From contig NC_087437.1 of the NCBI RefSeq assembly GCF_036321535.1, positions 121,522,001 to 121,586,000 of the forward strand: 64,000 nt of DNA, read 5' to 3'. The position numbers and the translations under genes are program-made. The notes under the pieces were generated by a model, which saw nothing but the letters and a program-made list of their open reading frames with translations, ran no database searches and was not told the DNA's origin. The stretch comes from Camelus dromedarius. Taxonomy: Eukaryota. This document shows, piece after piece, positions 12,608 to 23,203 of this stretch (position 1 is the first letter of the stretch; each line of letters starts with the position of its first letter).

Positions 12608-14367
12608 GTAAGACCTCGGCCCGCCACGTGGTCCCGAGCGCTGGTCTCCTGGGCAAGTCTCAGTGTGTGAGCGTGTTTAGCAGGGCCAGTGTGACACAGG
12701 CTGCTGACAGTGGTGTGTGTCCGCTTCGGGCTGGTGTCTGCTGTGGGCGTTCCCTCACGGCCGCTTGTCGGGGGTACTCGCCCTTGTCATCGGCCGGGGC
12801 CACGATGCGCGTGCCTCCCGCTAAGTCACGCGCGGTCCCCACAGTAGCAGCCGGCTTTCTCCCATGTGTGTCTGCCATGGCCGTGAGGTTGGGCATGTGG
12901 GATAACAGTACGTAAGCATTTCCCTTCAAATACGCTGGGTTGTCCCTGCGTTTTGAGGGAAAGGGCCCACGTGAGTCTGCGGATCTTAAGTTTCTGAAGA
13001 CTTAATGAGCCTTAGGGCTGGTGTGGCCTGAAACTCCCTGTCCCCCCTGGGGCAGAGCGGACAGAGGGCCTCAGCTTCCCCTCGACATAGCTCTCTGTGG
13101 AAAGTTCCGTGGACGGGCTCCCCTGCTCCGCCTCTAGGCCTGGACGGCAGAGCAGTCAGGGAAGGAGTCGGTGCTGCCTCAGGGGCGGGGGCGTTTGGTG
13201 GGGGCAGCACGGCAGGGGCACCAGGGCTCTGATTGTGCACGTGCGTGCTGGGCTGTCCCCGGGAAGAGCGTGCGGGTGTGAAGGACAGGTGACATTTTAC
13301 TGAGCGTGTCCTCGGGGACCAGGACGCAGCTCAGTCCCTTTCCCTGTGGCCTCACCCCAAACACAGCAGCGGAGGCCCTGCAGGCGCTGATCTGCACACA
13401 TAGCCCACTTCCCCGGGAGAGCGTGCCGCCTGGCGGGCCGCCGCGAGCCATGTGCTGCAGCTGCTGGGCCTTTGTCAGGGACCCGCACCATACGCGCCCT
13501 CCGGCCGGAGCCCATCCCTGGGACACGGCGCTGGGAGCCGTGAGCAGGTGCAGCTTCGGGCCTGAGGCCGCGCCCCTGCCAGCATGTGCTGGGCGCCCCC
13601 CCAGGGGCAGAGCTCCTCTTGGGCTCTTCAGGACCAGCCCCCCCACCAGTCCCAGTTCACCCAGCACTGCTCCTCCTTTCTGTCAGGCCTGTGGGCTGCT
13701 GTCCATGGTGGGGGTCATGGTCTGGGTGGAAGCTTCACGGTGTGCAGATGGTGTAACCATCGCCAGGGCGACCTGCTGGTAAGTGACCTCGATAGAGAAT
13801 CCTTCCGCATGAGGTTTCTGGAAAGGTAAGCTGCTGGTTCCAGGGCTGCAGCTGAAATGCCTGGCCTGTATCTTCTCATTTTGAAAGCAATGAAATATTT
13901 TGTCGTGATTAATATCCGCATCTGTGAAGTAAATTAGCGTGGTCTGTGAGGAGGAGGCTTCTGCTTAAGAAGAGCTGTGATGGTGGGGTGTCTTTGTCCA
14001 GTTCTGTATTTTATCTTCCTTGGCATAGAAGCATTTAAATAAGGTAGAATGTGAGCTTCTGGAGCAAATAAGAACTTGGAATTCATGTGAACTGTGCATA
14101 ATAGAAAGTGTATTTCTCTATAATCTCAAGATCCTTTGTCAGTCAGTGCTGATTATTTTTACTTAAAGGAAAGCATGTGTTTCAGGGATTACAAACATTT
14201 GATTAAATGCACGTCAGAACATACTTACAGCGATGCGCTTTCCGCTGCCGATGTTTCAGCGACATCGGGACGTGAGCTCTCGTCTAGTGCGTGGTGTTCC
14301 TGCTTGTTTGCTAATCTAAATTCTGTCTTGCTCTGCCCTTTTTAACTTTTTGTTTCCTTTGAGCACC

Positions 14368-14465
14368 GAAAGGAGTAACCTATTGAGCTTTTGCTGGAGG
14401 ATGTTATAAATGAAAATTTAGTGTCCATTCCATCAGCTTTGTCAACTGGGAGAAGTGGTGTGTGT
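14368..14465 (+). promoter_or_regulatory. ADARB1: Editing-complementary sequence (ECS) pairing with 15821-15917
   Basis: Imperfect inverted repeat: gaaaggagtaac / gttactctttc; ggatgttataaatgaaaattta / taaattttgcatttacaagatcc; ctttgtcaactgg / ccagttacaaag; aagtggtgtgtg / cacacatcactt. Confidence 0.92.
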
Positions 14466-15880
14466 GTCAGGAGGGCTGGGGAGGAACGAAGTCCGCAGAG
14501 AAAGCTTGTCAGTCTCCTAGTCTCTGACGCAGCGTGGACTCAGCTTTCCCATGGGGGGTGCTTGGCCCAGGGTTTTTCTGTGCGTCTCAGCTGAGCAGCG
14601 ACAGCCCTGGAAGCCAGGGCACTTTAACCAGCCCTGGGCCTGGCAGCTGATGGCCCTGACAGGCTTCCTGTCGCGTTAAGCCCGCCCTCCCCTGGGTACA
14701 GCTGACGAGCATTTTCACCAAAGTGTTCCAGTTTCCTTCACTTGATGAGAGAGAATCTTCTTTTATTTCTGCAGTAGAAGTAGACCCTAGAGCCACCACA
14801 TGGTGGTGGTAACTTGTAAATTAGTCTACAATTGTAAAAAATATTTTGGTTGATTAAAGATTTACTGCGGATTTTTGAAAGCCAGGTCTTTAAATACTTT
14901 CACATCAGCAACATTGTGAGGTCCGGGATCCGTGCCCCCGCGCTCACGGGCAGACGGCCCCCCACGTGGACTAACCAGAGGCAAGGAATTCGTTCCTTTT
15001 TTTAAAAGTTTGATAAACTTAAAGGAGTTAAGTTTTTGAAATTAAAATCATACTTATTTTGCCATGAACTTTTAGAGTTCTGAAATTATCTTTATTGATT
15101 GTAAAAAACAAATACCCTTCAAAAGACAAAATTGCCAGCTGTAGTCAGAAAGTTAGGAAGTCCTAAACACTCCAGTTTTCGTGTCTTCTGTATTTTTTCT
15201 ATCGTGGAGTGTATTAACTATTCGGAGGTGAGTCAACCCCCATACATAATGAAAAAATCCTAAGTGAGAAAGTTCACTTCACTAGAAGTGAAGCTAGATC
15301 CTTCAAAAGTAGCTTCTAAAAGGCCAGAACACTTTACATAATCACATAAGCAGTTTTCTAAGATTGATCCATGAACTAAATCAAATAACTGCACATGCTG
15401 ATTGAATATTTTAAACCAGAGAAAGACATTAGCTTGTGAATGCATGTTTTAGATGTTGTTTCTTTTCCGGGGCGTGCTGTAGTGGAAAGCCCCGTGTGAG
15501 TACAGTCTGAGAGAAAAGGGCTTCGCAAAGGAGGGAAATGCGAAAGGAAAGCGCACGTGTATCAGCACTGATGCTAGACTTACTAATGCAGGGTTTCGGG
15601 ATCAATTTATTATCCCACATTTTGATAAACTGGCATAAAGTCTCTAGATGCTTCTGAATATTCTCATAGAAAAAGATCATTTAAAAATTCATCTTTTAAA
15701 GCAAAAGCAGTTGGCGACACTCAACAGAGCCAGCGTTAGGCACTGTTTAGCAAGACGTCAGCTTCCTCCTTTCAGCTTAGCTGGCTTCTGGGGGGAGTGG
15801 CCGCCGGGGGGAGTGCATGAGCACACATCACTTGACCAGTTACAAAGACAGATGAAGGAATCTATAAATTTTGCATTTAC

Positions 15881-15929
15881 AAGATCCTGCAACGAAGGCG
15901 TTGTAAGTTACTCTTTCTGGGCACCGCAG
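15881..15929 (+). promoter_or_regulatory. ADARB1: ADAR2 auto-editing -1 site (A15882; AA to AI acceptor) and 47-nt alternative cassette (15883-15929)
   Basis: tttacAA|gatcctgcaacgaaggcgttgtaagttactctttctgggcaccgcag is exactly 47 nt to the normal acceptor. Adenosines sit at +10 (15892), +23 and +24 (15905, 15906), as in the described editing cluster. Confidence 0.93.
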
Positions 15930-16870
15930 GTTCGAGCACAGATGTTAAGGAAAACTGCGGTCTGGACGGCGCGCCCCCCGCGGACGGCAGCGCCCCGGGG
16001 CCGGGCGAGGGTGCCCCTCTCTCCAACGGGGGCGGCGGGGGCGGCGGGGGCGGCGGCAGGAAGCGGCCCCTGGAGGAGGGCAGCAACGGCCACGCCAAGT
16101 TCCGCCTGAAGAAGCGGAGGAGGGCGCCAGGGCCGGCGCTGCCCAAGAACGCGCTGATGCAGCTCAACGAGATCAAGCCCGGCCTGCAGTACACGCTGCT
16201 GTCGCAGACGGGGCCCGTGCACGCGCCCCTGTTCGTCATGTCCGTCGAGGTCAACGGACAGGTGTTCGAGGGCTCCGGCCCTACCAAGAAGAAGGCCAAG
16301 CTGCACGCGGCCGAGAAGGCGCTGCGGTCCTTTGTGCAGTTCCCCAACGCCTCCGAGGCCCACCTGGCCATGGGCCGGACCCTGTCTGCCAACACGGACT
16401 TCACGTCCGACCAGGCCGACTTCCCCGACGCCCTCTTCAACGGCTTCGAGACCCCGGACAGGTCGGACGCGCCCTTCTACCTGGGCTCCAACGGCGACGA
16501 CTCCTTCAGCTCCAGTGGGGACCTCAGCCTGTCCGCGTCCCCCGTGCCCGCCGGCCTGGCCCAGCCCCCGCTGCCCATACCCCCGCCCTTCCCGCCCCCG
16601 AGCGGGAAGAACCCCGTGATGATCTTGAACGAGCTGCGCCCGGGACTGAAGTACGACTTCCTGTCGGAGAGCGGGGAGAGCCACGCCAAGAACTTTGTCA
16701 TGTCCGTGGTGGTGGACGGTCAGTTCTTCGAGGGCTCGGGGAGGAACAAAAAGCTGGCCAAGGCCCGGGCCGCGCAGTCTGCCCTGGCGACTGTCTTTAA
16801 CTTGCACTTGGACCAGACCCCGTCTCGCCAGCCCATCCCCAGCGAAGGCCTTCAGTTACATTTACCACAG
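15930..16870 (+). CDS. ADARB1: ADARB1 coding exon 2: NLS region, dsRBD1 and dsRBD2
   Basis: Acceptor caccgcag|g, donor cag|gtgagg. Translates SSSTDVKEN...RKRP...KKRRR...[10 protein letters not shown]...KKKAKLHAA...KNPVMILNE...KKLAKARAA...LQLHLPQ (overlaps ORF 16157..16909). Confidence 0.99.
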
Positions 16871-19800
16871 GTGAGGAAAGCCGCTCGCAAACCTGGCGTG
16901 TCTCAATAATGCTTTTAGACAGGATCTGACCTCCTTCCTCCTGTGTCCTCAGCACAGGTGCTTCCTGGTAAGTCCAGCTGCCCGGTGGCCTCTCCTTGAG
17001 CGCGCCGCTCCTGTGGTCGCTGGGAAGCCCGCCCAAGGCTGCAGGGTACAGCCCGGCCCGGAGGGGCGGTCAGGGCCCTGGCACCTTGCCCAGCTCAGCG
17101 GTGCCCTCCCTCGGGGCCTCGTGTGAAGTCCCAGGTGCAGGCTGGGTGAGGCTGGCCAGGCAGCGGCTGAAACCCAACTCTGGGTCAGGGACTCAGCCCA
17201 GCAGGACTGAGGCTCCGGAGGCTGTCCAGGCAGAGGCTGGGCCACAGCAGTGGGGAGCACGTGTCAGAAAGGCTAGGGGCACCAGGGCCCTCCACGAGCA
17301 CCCTGGCGCCCACACCTGGAGCCCCCACGGCAGGTCCCAGCGGGGCCCTGGAGCGGGTGTGGCTGTCCAGGGTGGGCTCGGAGGGAGAGGGAAGGAGAGA
17401 GCTTTTCAGCACCCCAGAACTCTCCCACGGCTTGTTGCTTCTCTTCCCGGAAATCCAGAATTATTCTGGTCTATTGAAGGACTCTGCCTTCAGGGAGACA
17501 GTCTGACCCTCCATTCCTTCCTGAGTAATAGCTCAGTCTGAAGATGAGATACACACTGGCCTGGTCGGAAAGTACGTGGGACGCCCGGCCGGCAGGAGGG
17601 CCGCCTCCCTCAGGAGGGCCCAGAACCTCTCGGGCCTTTGTGTGCAGGGGTCACCTCAGATGGCCCACAGTTCTCAGTTTGAACAGAAGGAAATTGATTT
17701 TATTTTGCCTAAAGCAGCCAAATGCAGCATCAGTATAAAGTAACATATTCAAAGTATATTACTGATTTTTTATGAACCAAATAACCGCTTCCCGCGTTAA
17801 CCTCTTGTTGACATTACCCCCAGAAACTCTTAGTCCGTTTGTAATTTTACAAACGGGTGGCGCTCGTTCCCAAGTGATTTGTTATTCTCGGGTTTACCAT
17901 TTGCCACGTGTTTCAACCTGAGTTCAGAATAACGTCCGATGTGACGAGTCTTCCCTCACATCAGCAGTTGTCTGCAAGACAATTGGAGTCACACCAAGTG
18001 TCACGAACCCCACGTCTTGGGTGGGGACCGCCGCGCTGGTCTGTGTGTGTGCGTGCATGTGTGCGTGCGCTCACACGTGTGCACGCATGTGTGCTGGCGG
18101 CCACTCCCAGGCCTGGCTGTGACTTCCCTGTGGAGCAGCGCCTGGGCTCCTTCCCTGGGGCCGAGTGGAGCTGGCTGGGGAGGGCTCTTCTGAAATCCAG
18201 CTGACCGGGAGGGTGTGGGCCAGCAAGGGCTGCCTCCTCCCCGCCCAGCGCCACGTGCCCCTGCTCCACAGGCTGCACTGCAGTTTCTGGAGCTCAGCAG
18301 TCCAGGGAACCCCACCCCCCTCTGCTCACAGTGGCCCCCAGGTCCCCCAGGGTCCCCGTGGTAGCTCGGGGTGAGGTTACGTTTTCCCTGGAGGACTCAT
18401 GGGCGGCCTTCAAAGGATCCGGCCTTGCAGCTTTATTTCTGGGCTCCACTGCCTCCCCACTGGGGATTTCCAAAGGTGCAACCTAGAGTGAGTGAAAGGT
18501 CCTCCTGTCTTCCTGGGGGGCCCTTGGAGGACGTGGTTTGCCTGTCCCTGGTCTTAGGATGTTTGCCTTTCTAGTGTTCACTGCGGCTTTAGCAGGTTTA
18601 AAAATCAGACGATGTTGCCCGCATGGTGAGCGCAGAGCACTGGGTCAGTGAATTTGATTTGATTGACGTGGCCCGGTGCTCCGTCATGCAGGGTGCAGCC
18701 TCGAGCCAGGGCCCCCGCCACCCGTGTCGGGCCGGGAGGGGCGGTGGGTGGCGCGGGTTTGACTTGTGCTGCTCCCTGCGCCCCAAAGTCCACAGGGAGA
18801 GCCTGCCCGGCCCCCTCGGGGTGGGAGGGTGGTCCGACGCCGTGGGTGCCCATCAGCGCAGGCTCCACCCCAGCGGAGGGTCCGACTCGGGCTGAGCTCG
18901 GCTGCTCTTCCCTGGGAATTCGGAGCCACGTCTAAGCTTGTGTGGAGCAGACACCTGTTTCCTCTGCTTTCCCTTCACCTCTTGCTGTTTCTACTTCTCT
19001 GTCGACTGGAAGGCTGCGTCCCCTCTCCGGTACCCTCGCCATCGTGCTGCCACATGCCCGTCCTCTGCCTGCGCGCTCACCGCCTTCCCGGCTCACACTG
19101 GGTGCAGAGTGAGGTCCCCGGGCCCCGTCCCCGGGTCTCTGTCCACATCCCGACTGCTGGGGCTCGCTGGTACCTGCTGGTGTGGTGATGGGGAAGGACA
19201 CCCTGACAGCTGTGTTCTTCCCAAAAAGGCACCATTTAGGACGAGTGACTTTTCTCTTGGTTTTATTAAAGGCCCCACAGGGGGCCCTTGGTTTGGCCGT
19301 TAAATTCTCCAGACCAGTGTGGGAGGGCGGGCGCGGGTCCTCACACACCTGCCCTCGGACATCACCTCCCCGCGCGCCCTGGGCCCTCATACCCAAGGTG
19401 AGTCGGAGGCCGTGCAGTGGGCGCGTCCGAGGCTGACAGACACGTGTGCTTCTGAGCAGCTCTGCCCATACCGCAGGGCGCCAGCTGAGCTGCTCCAGAC
19501 GCCCCGTTACACTCTCCCTTTACACGTGTGGCCTCTGCGCACACGTCCCATGTCACTGGATCTAAGTGACAGGTGCCCTGCAGGCTCTGACAGTGCTGGT
19601 TCCGAGGACCGAGCCAGGTAACTAGTTTTAGATGTTGAAATAACTGGGACACATGGAAAGGGCCCCTTTGGGAGGCAGGTGCTGTGAGCCTGGTGACTAA
19701 TGTAATCACTCTTCTGGCCGCCCCTTTCTCTGCCTGTGGTGTCACTGGGAAGACAAGCTCCCCGTCGGGCCAGCCCTGAGCTGGCCGGGCAGCACCTCCT

Positions 19801-20222
19801 GTGGTGTCACGTCCTCCTGAAGCCCCGTTGCTCAGGGAGTGTGGCCCCAGGGCTCTCGCCCCGACTCAGAGCAGCAGGGGGCTGGAGGCAGGTGACCAGG
19901 AAGGCGCTGTCGCCAAGGGCCGGGCTGGTGTGAGGGCGCTTCCCCTGCACGGGGCCTGGCTCCCATGGCCCGGGCTCTGGACTGGCCCCTCTGCAGGGAC
20001 CCTCGCCCACCCCTCAGGTGTCTGTTTGCAAGGAGTGTTTGGGAGGAGAAACACGGGCACAACCCCACACCCCCTCACACCCACCCACACCCTCATACAC
20101 ATCCTCACCCCCCACACACACACACACACATGCTTGTTTGCCCGACGCTCCTGCGTGGTTTCCGGTTTCAGGCCAGGGAACGTGGCCCTGAAGGGAGCGC
20201 TAACCCCCTGCTTGGTCCTCAG

Positions 20223-20337
20223 GTGTTAGCCGACGCCGTGGCCCGCCTGGTTCTGGATAAGTTTGGGGACCTGACGGACAACTTCTCCTCCCCTCACGCG
20301 CGCAGGAAAGTCCTTGCTGGAATCGTCATGACGACAG
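20223..20337 (+). CDS. ADARB1: ADARB1 coding exon 3 (start of deaminase domain)
   Basis: ctcag|gtg...acag|gtaact; VLADAVARLVLDKFGDLTDNFSSPHARRKVLAGIVMTT; 115 nt. Confidence 0.98.
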
Positions 20338-22178
20338 GTAACTGTGCTGGTGGTGCGTCTGCCCGCCTGCCCTCACGCTCAGCAGGGGAATCGCCTCAGC
20401 CTGGAACAGCCCCGGGACCCGGCGGGCAGCGCATCTGCCCTCCTTCGGAGTGCCCGCCGCGTGCTCTTACGTGTTTTCCTCAAAGTTCGTCTCTCTAACC
20501 TAAGCTTTCCCACTTGGAGAAAGCACTGTGTGTTAATATGAGCCCTGCGATCTTCTGGGAGTGGTCTTGATCTGCTCTGGAAAACTGCAGGAGGCCCCTT
20601 GGCTCTTGCCTCATTTGAGAGTAGGACATGGCGGGTTCGCCAGTGATGCTGACGCTGCCAGAACGGCTCCCGGGTGGCTTGGGTGGGGAAGGGAGGGCCC
20701 TCTAGCAAGAGCAGAAAATCGGGAAAACATGCTTTGGGATGGCAGAAGCCCTGTTAACGCTTGCCCAAAGATCCCAGCAGCAAAGGAACCCTCCTGCGTC
20801 CCCGCCCCACTTCCCGGGAGCCAGCTGTCTGAGCAGTGCCCCGTGGGTCGGTCCGACAAACGGGACCCACAGCCATGGCGGGTGCCTGGATCCTGGGGCG
20901 GGCAGGCCCCCCATCACCGTGGGGGCTGAGTCTGGGCCGTCACGCGGGGCCTCTCTTCCTGGAGCATCCACTCGGCCCCGCTGGCCGAGCCTGGACGGCC
21001 GCGCACAGGAAGCCGCCCAAGAGGCTAGAGGGCGGGCTCCAGGAGTGGCTGCTCTGTCTACACCCGCTGGCCAGGGGCCCAGCTCTCCATGTAGGTGGCT
21101 GCCTTGTCCTTTCCCTGAGGTGCGCTCACCTGTCTGACCATGACGGGAGTGGCTCTGTGACACTCAGTGCATCCCCGAGGCCCTGGGACACGGCCGCCGC
21201 GTGCTCGCCCTGCCCGTCTGTGCTCCGGCACAGCTAGAGCATGTCACGGGCGGGGTGGGGCGCTCTGAGCCTCAGTGGGGCCCGTTTGTGTTCCGATGTC
21301 CACTGCCTGGGTTCCCGTGTGCGCTCTGCCTCCTACGCGGTGACCGCTTGCACAGGCAGGACTGTCGTTCCCGGGCGAGGCCCTGCGCCCCTCCAGCAGA
21401 CTGTTTTCATTCGGGTTTGACAGCCTCAGAAGGGGCACCTCACGTCGGGGGGCACGATGCACCGCAGGGTGTGTCTCACTTGGGACCATCTGCTCAGAGC
21501 CACGATTTACACCTGAAGTACTTGGCGTGGCGTCAGGCGGCCTGGTTCCAGTCCCAGAATGGACTGTGACCGCCCTATGCCACGGTTCCCTCACGCGCAG
21601 AGACAGGAGGGGAACGGGCCTCAGAGGGAGGACGCTGGGGCTGAGTGAAATCCTGCCCAGCGGGCTGCGCGGTCACCGCCCTGTAGCCGCAGGGCCTGTG
21701 TGTGGCCTGTGGACCCCTGACTGTCAGGGGGGTCGCTCCCCGGAAGCCCCCCAGTGCTGGTGGGCCTCCCAGTGCAGCTAAATGGTGAGAGGCCCCTGAG
21801 CAACACCTGAGTTACCCTGGGCCCGTCCTCCGGCCCCCTTGGTGCCTTGGTAGTTTCGAGGTCGGTCATGGCCAGCCTGTCCACCTCTCCACGGAGCTCC
21901 CCACCCGTGTCCGGGGGGACTGTGCACGGAAAGGCTTGCGTTTCAGAGGAGGCTCCTTGCTTAAGTTTAGAATCTTTACACTAAAGAGTCAGGAGGGGTA
22001 GCTTCCAGAAATGTGGCAGAGCACGTGCTCAGCGGGAGGCCGTCGTGGCGGCCGGGAGGGGTCAGCGGCTGCGCGAGGATGCTGCCGCCTGCCCCTGCGC
22101 CGCACCCCCAGTCTGCGAGGGTGCACGTCCTGCCCTGAGGCTCGGGCCCCCGAAGCATGACTTCTCTCCTGTTTCCAG

Positions 22179-22347
22179 GCACGGACGTCAAGGATGCCAA
22201 GGTGATAAGTGTCTCCACAGGGACGAAGTGTGTTAACGGCGAGTACATGAGCGACCGGGGCCTGGCGCTGAATGACTGCCACGCGGAGATCATATCGCGG
22301 AGGGCCCTGCTTCGGTTTCTCTACACGCAGCTGGAGCTTTACTTAAA
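22179..22347 (+). CDS. ADARB1: ADARB1 coding exon 4 (CHAE motif: Zn-binding His and catalytic Glu)
   Basis: ttccag|gc...aa|gtaagt; [59 protein letters not shown] at 22277-22288. Confidence 0.99.
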
Positions 22348-23054
22348 GTAAGTGTAGCAGGTGAATGCGTCCAGGAAGCTGTTTCTCAAGAAATGCATTT
22401 TCCTTCTGTCAGAATGTACTGCAAACTTTTCATCGTTTCTGTAATCATGGAAAAAGTCTCAAAATAGTAACGTTTTAGGTAATGATTTCCTCACGATGCT
22501 CAAGCTACAGACTAGGGTTGACTAAATTACAGCACACACGTAACACAAGTGTGCACGCGTGTACATGTGCACACACACGTACTCACACGCAGGCAGCACA
22601 CATGCACACGTGCACTCACACACACACCTGCATGCACATATGCACGTGTGCATGCATGTCACGTAGTCACGGGTGTCGCCTCTGGGTTCGGAGCACGTGC
22701 TCGTGTTCTGTGCGGCGTGAGCATGGCTGGAACTGAGCTGCCAGTGGGGGTGTCAGTTCTGTGCTGGTCACCGTGCCGGAGCCGCTTATCCCCACGAGCC
22801 GTTTCTTTTGTGTCATCTTCGTGGCCGGCAGCCGTGGATGAGCAGAGGGAACGGTCGCTCGCGTGCTGATGGCGCGTCCTGTCAGTGAGCAGACAGGAGC
22901 CGTGTTGCTTGTTAACATATAAAATAAAGAGCCCAGTTCAGGCTGAAACCCCCCATTTTAACACTGGCCTCTGAAAGTCACTGTGAGCTGTGCTAGGCTA
23001 AACTTTCGTTGTCAACAGCTTTGAGGTTTATTTTTGCAACTTGTTTCCTTTCAG

Positions 23055-23203
23055 TAACAAAGATGATCAAAAAAGATCCATCTTTCAGAGGTCGGAGCGC
23101 GGAGGCTTCAGGCTGAAGGACAGCGTCCAGTTCCACCTGTACATCAGCACCTCCCCCTGCGGCGACGCCCGGATCTTCTCGCCGCACGAGCCGCTTCTCG
23201 AAG
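23055..23203 (+). CDS. ADARB1: ADARB1 coding exon 5 (PCGDAR Zn ligand)
   Basis: tttcag|t...gaag|gtgggc; NKDDQKRSIFQRSERGGFRLKDSVQFHLYISTSPCGDARIFSPHEPLLE; 149 nt. Confidence 0.98.

Noticed and set aside
15908..16807. 299-aa ORF on the minus strand
   Set aside because: It mirrors the GC3-rich ADARB1 exon 2; antisense open frames are expected there and the product resembles no known protein.
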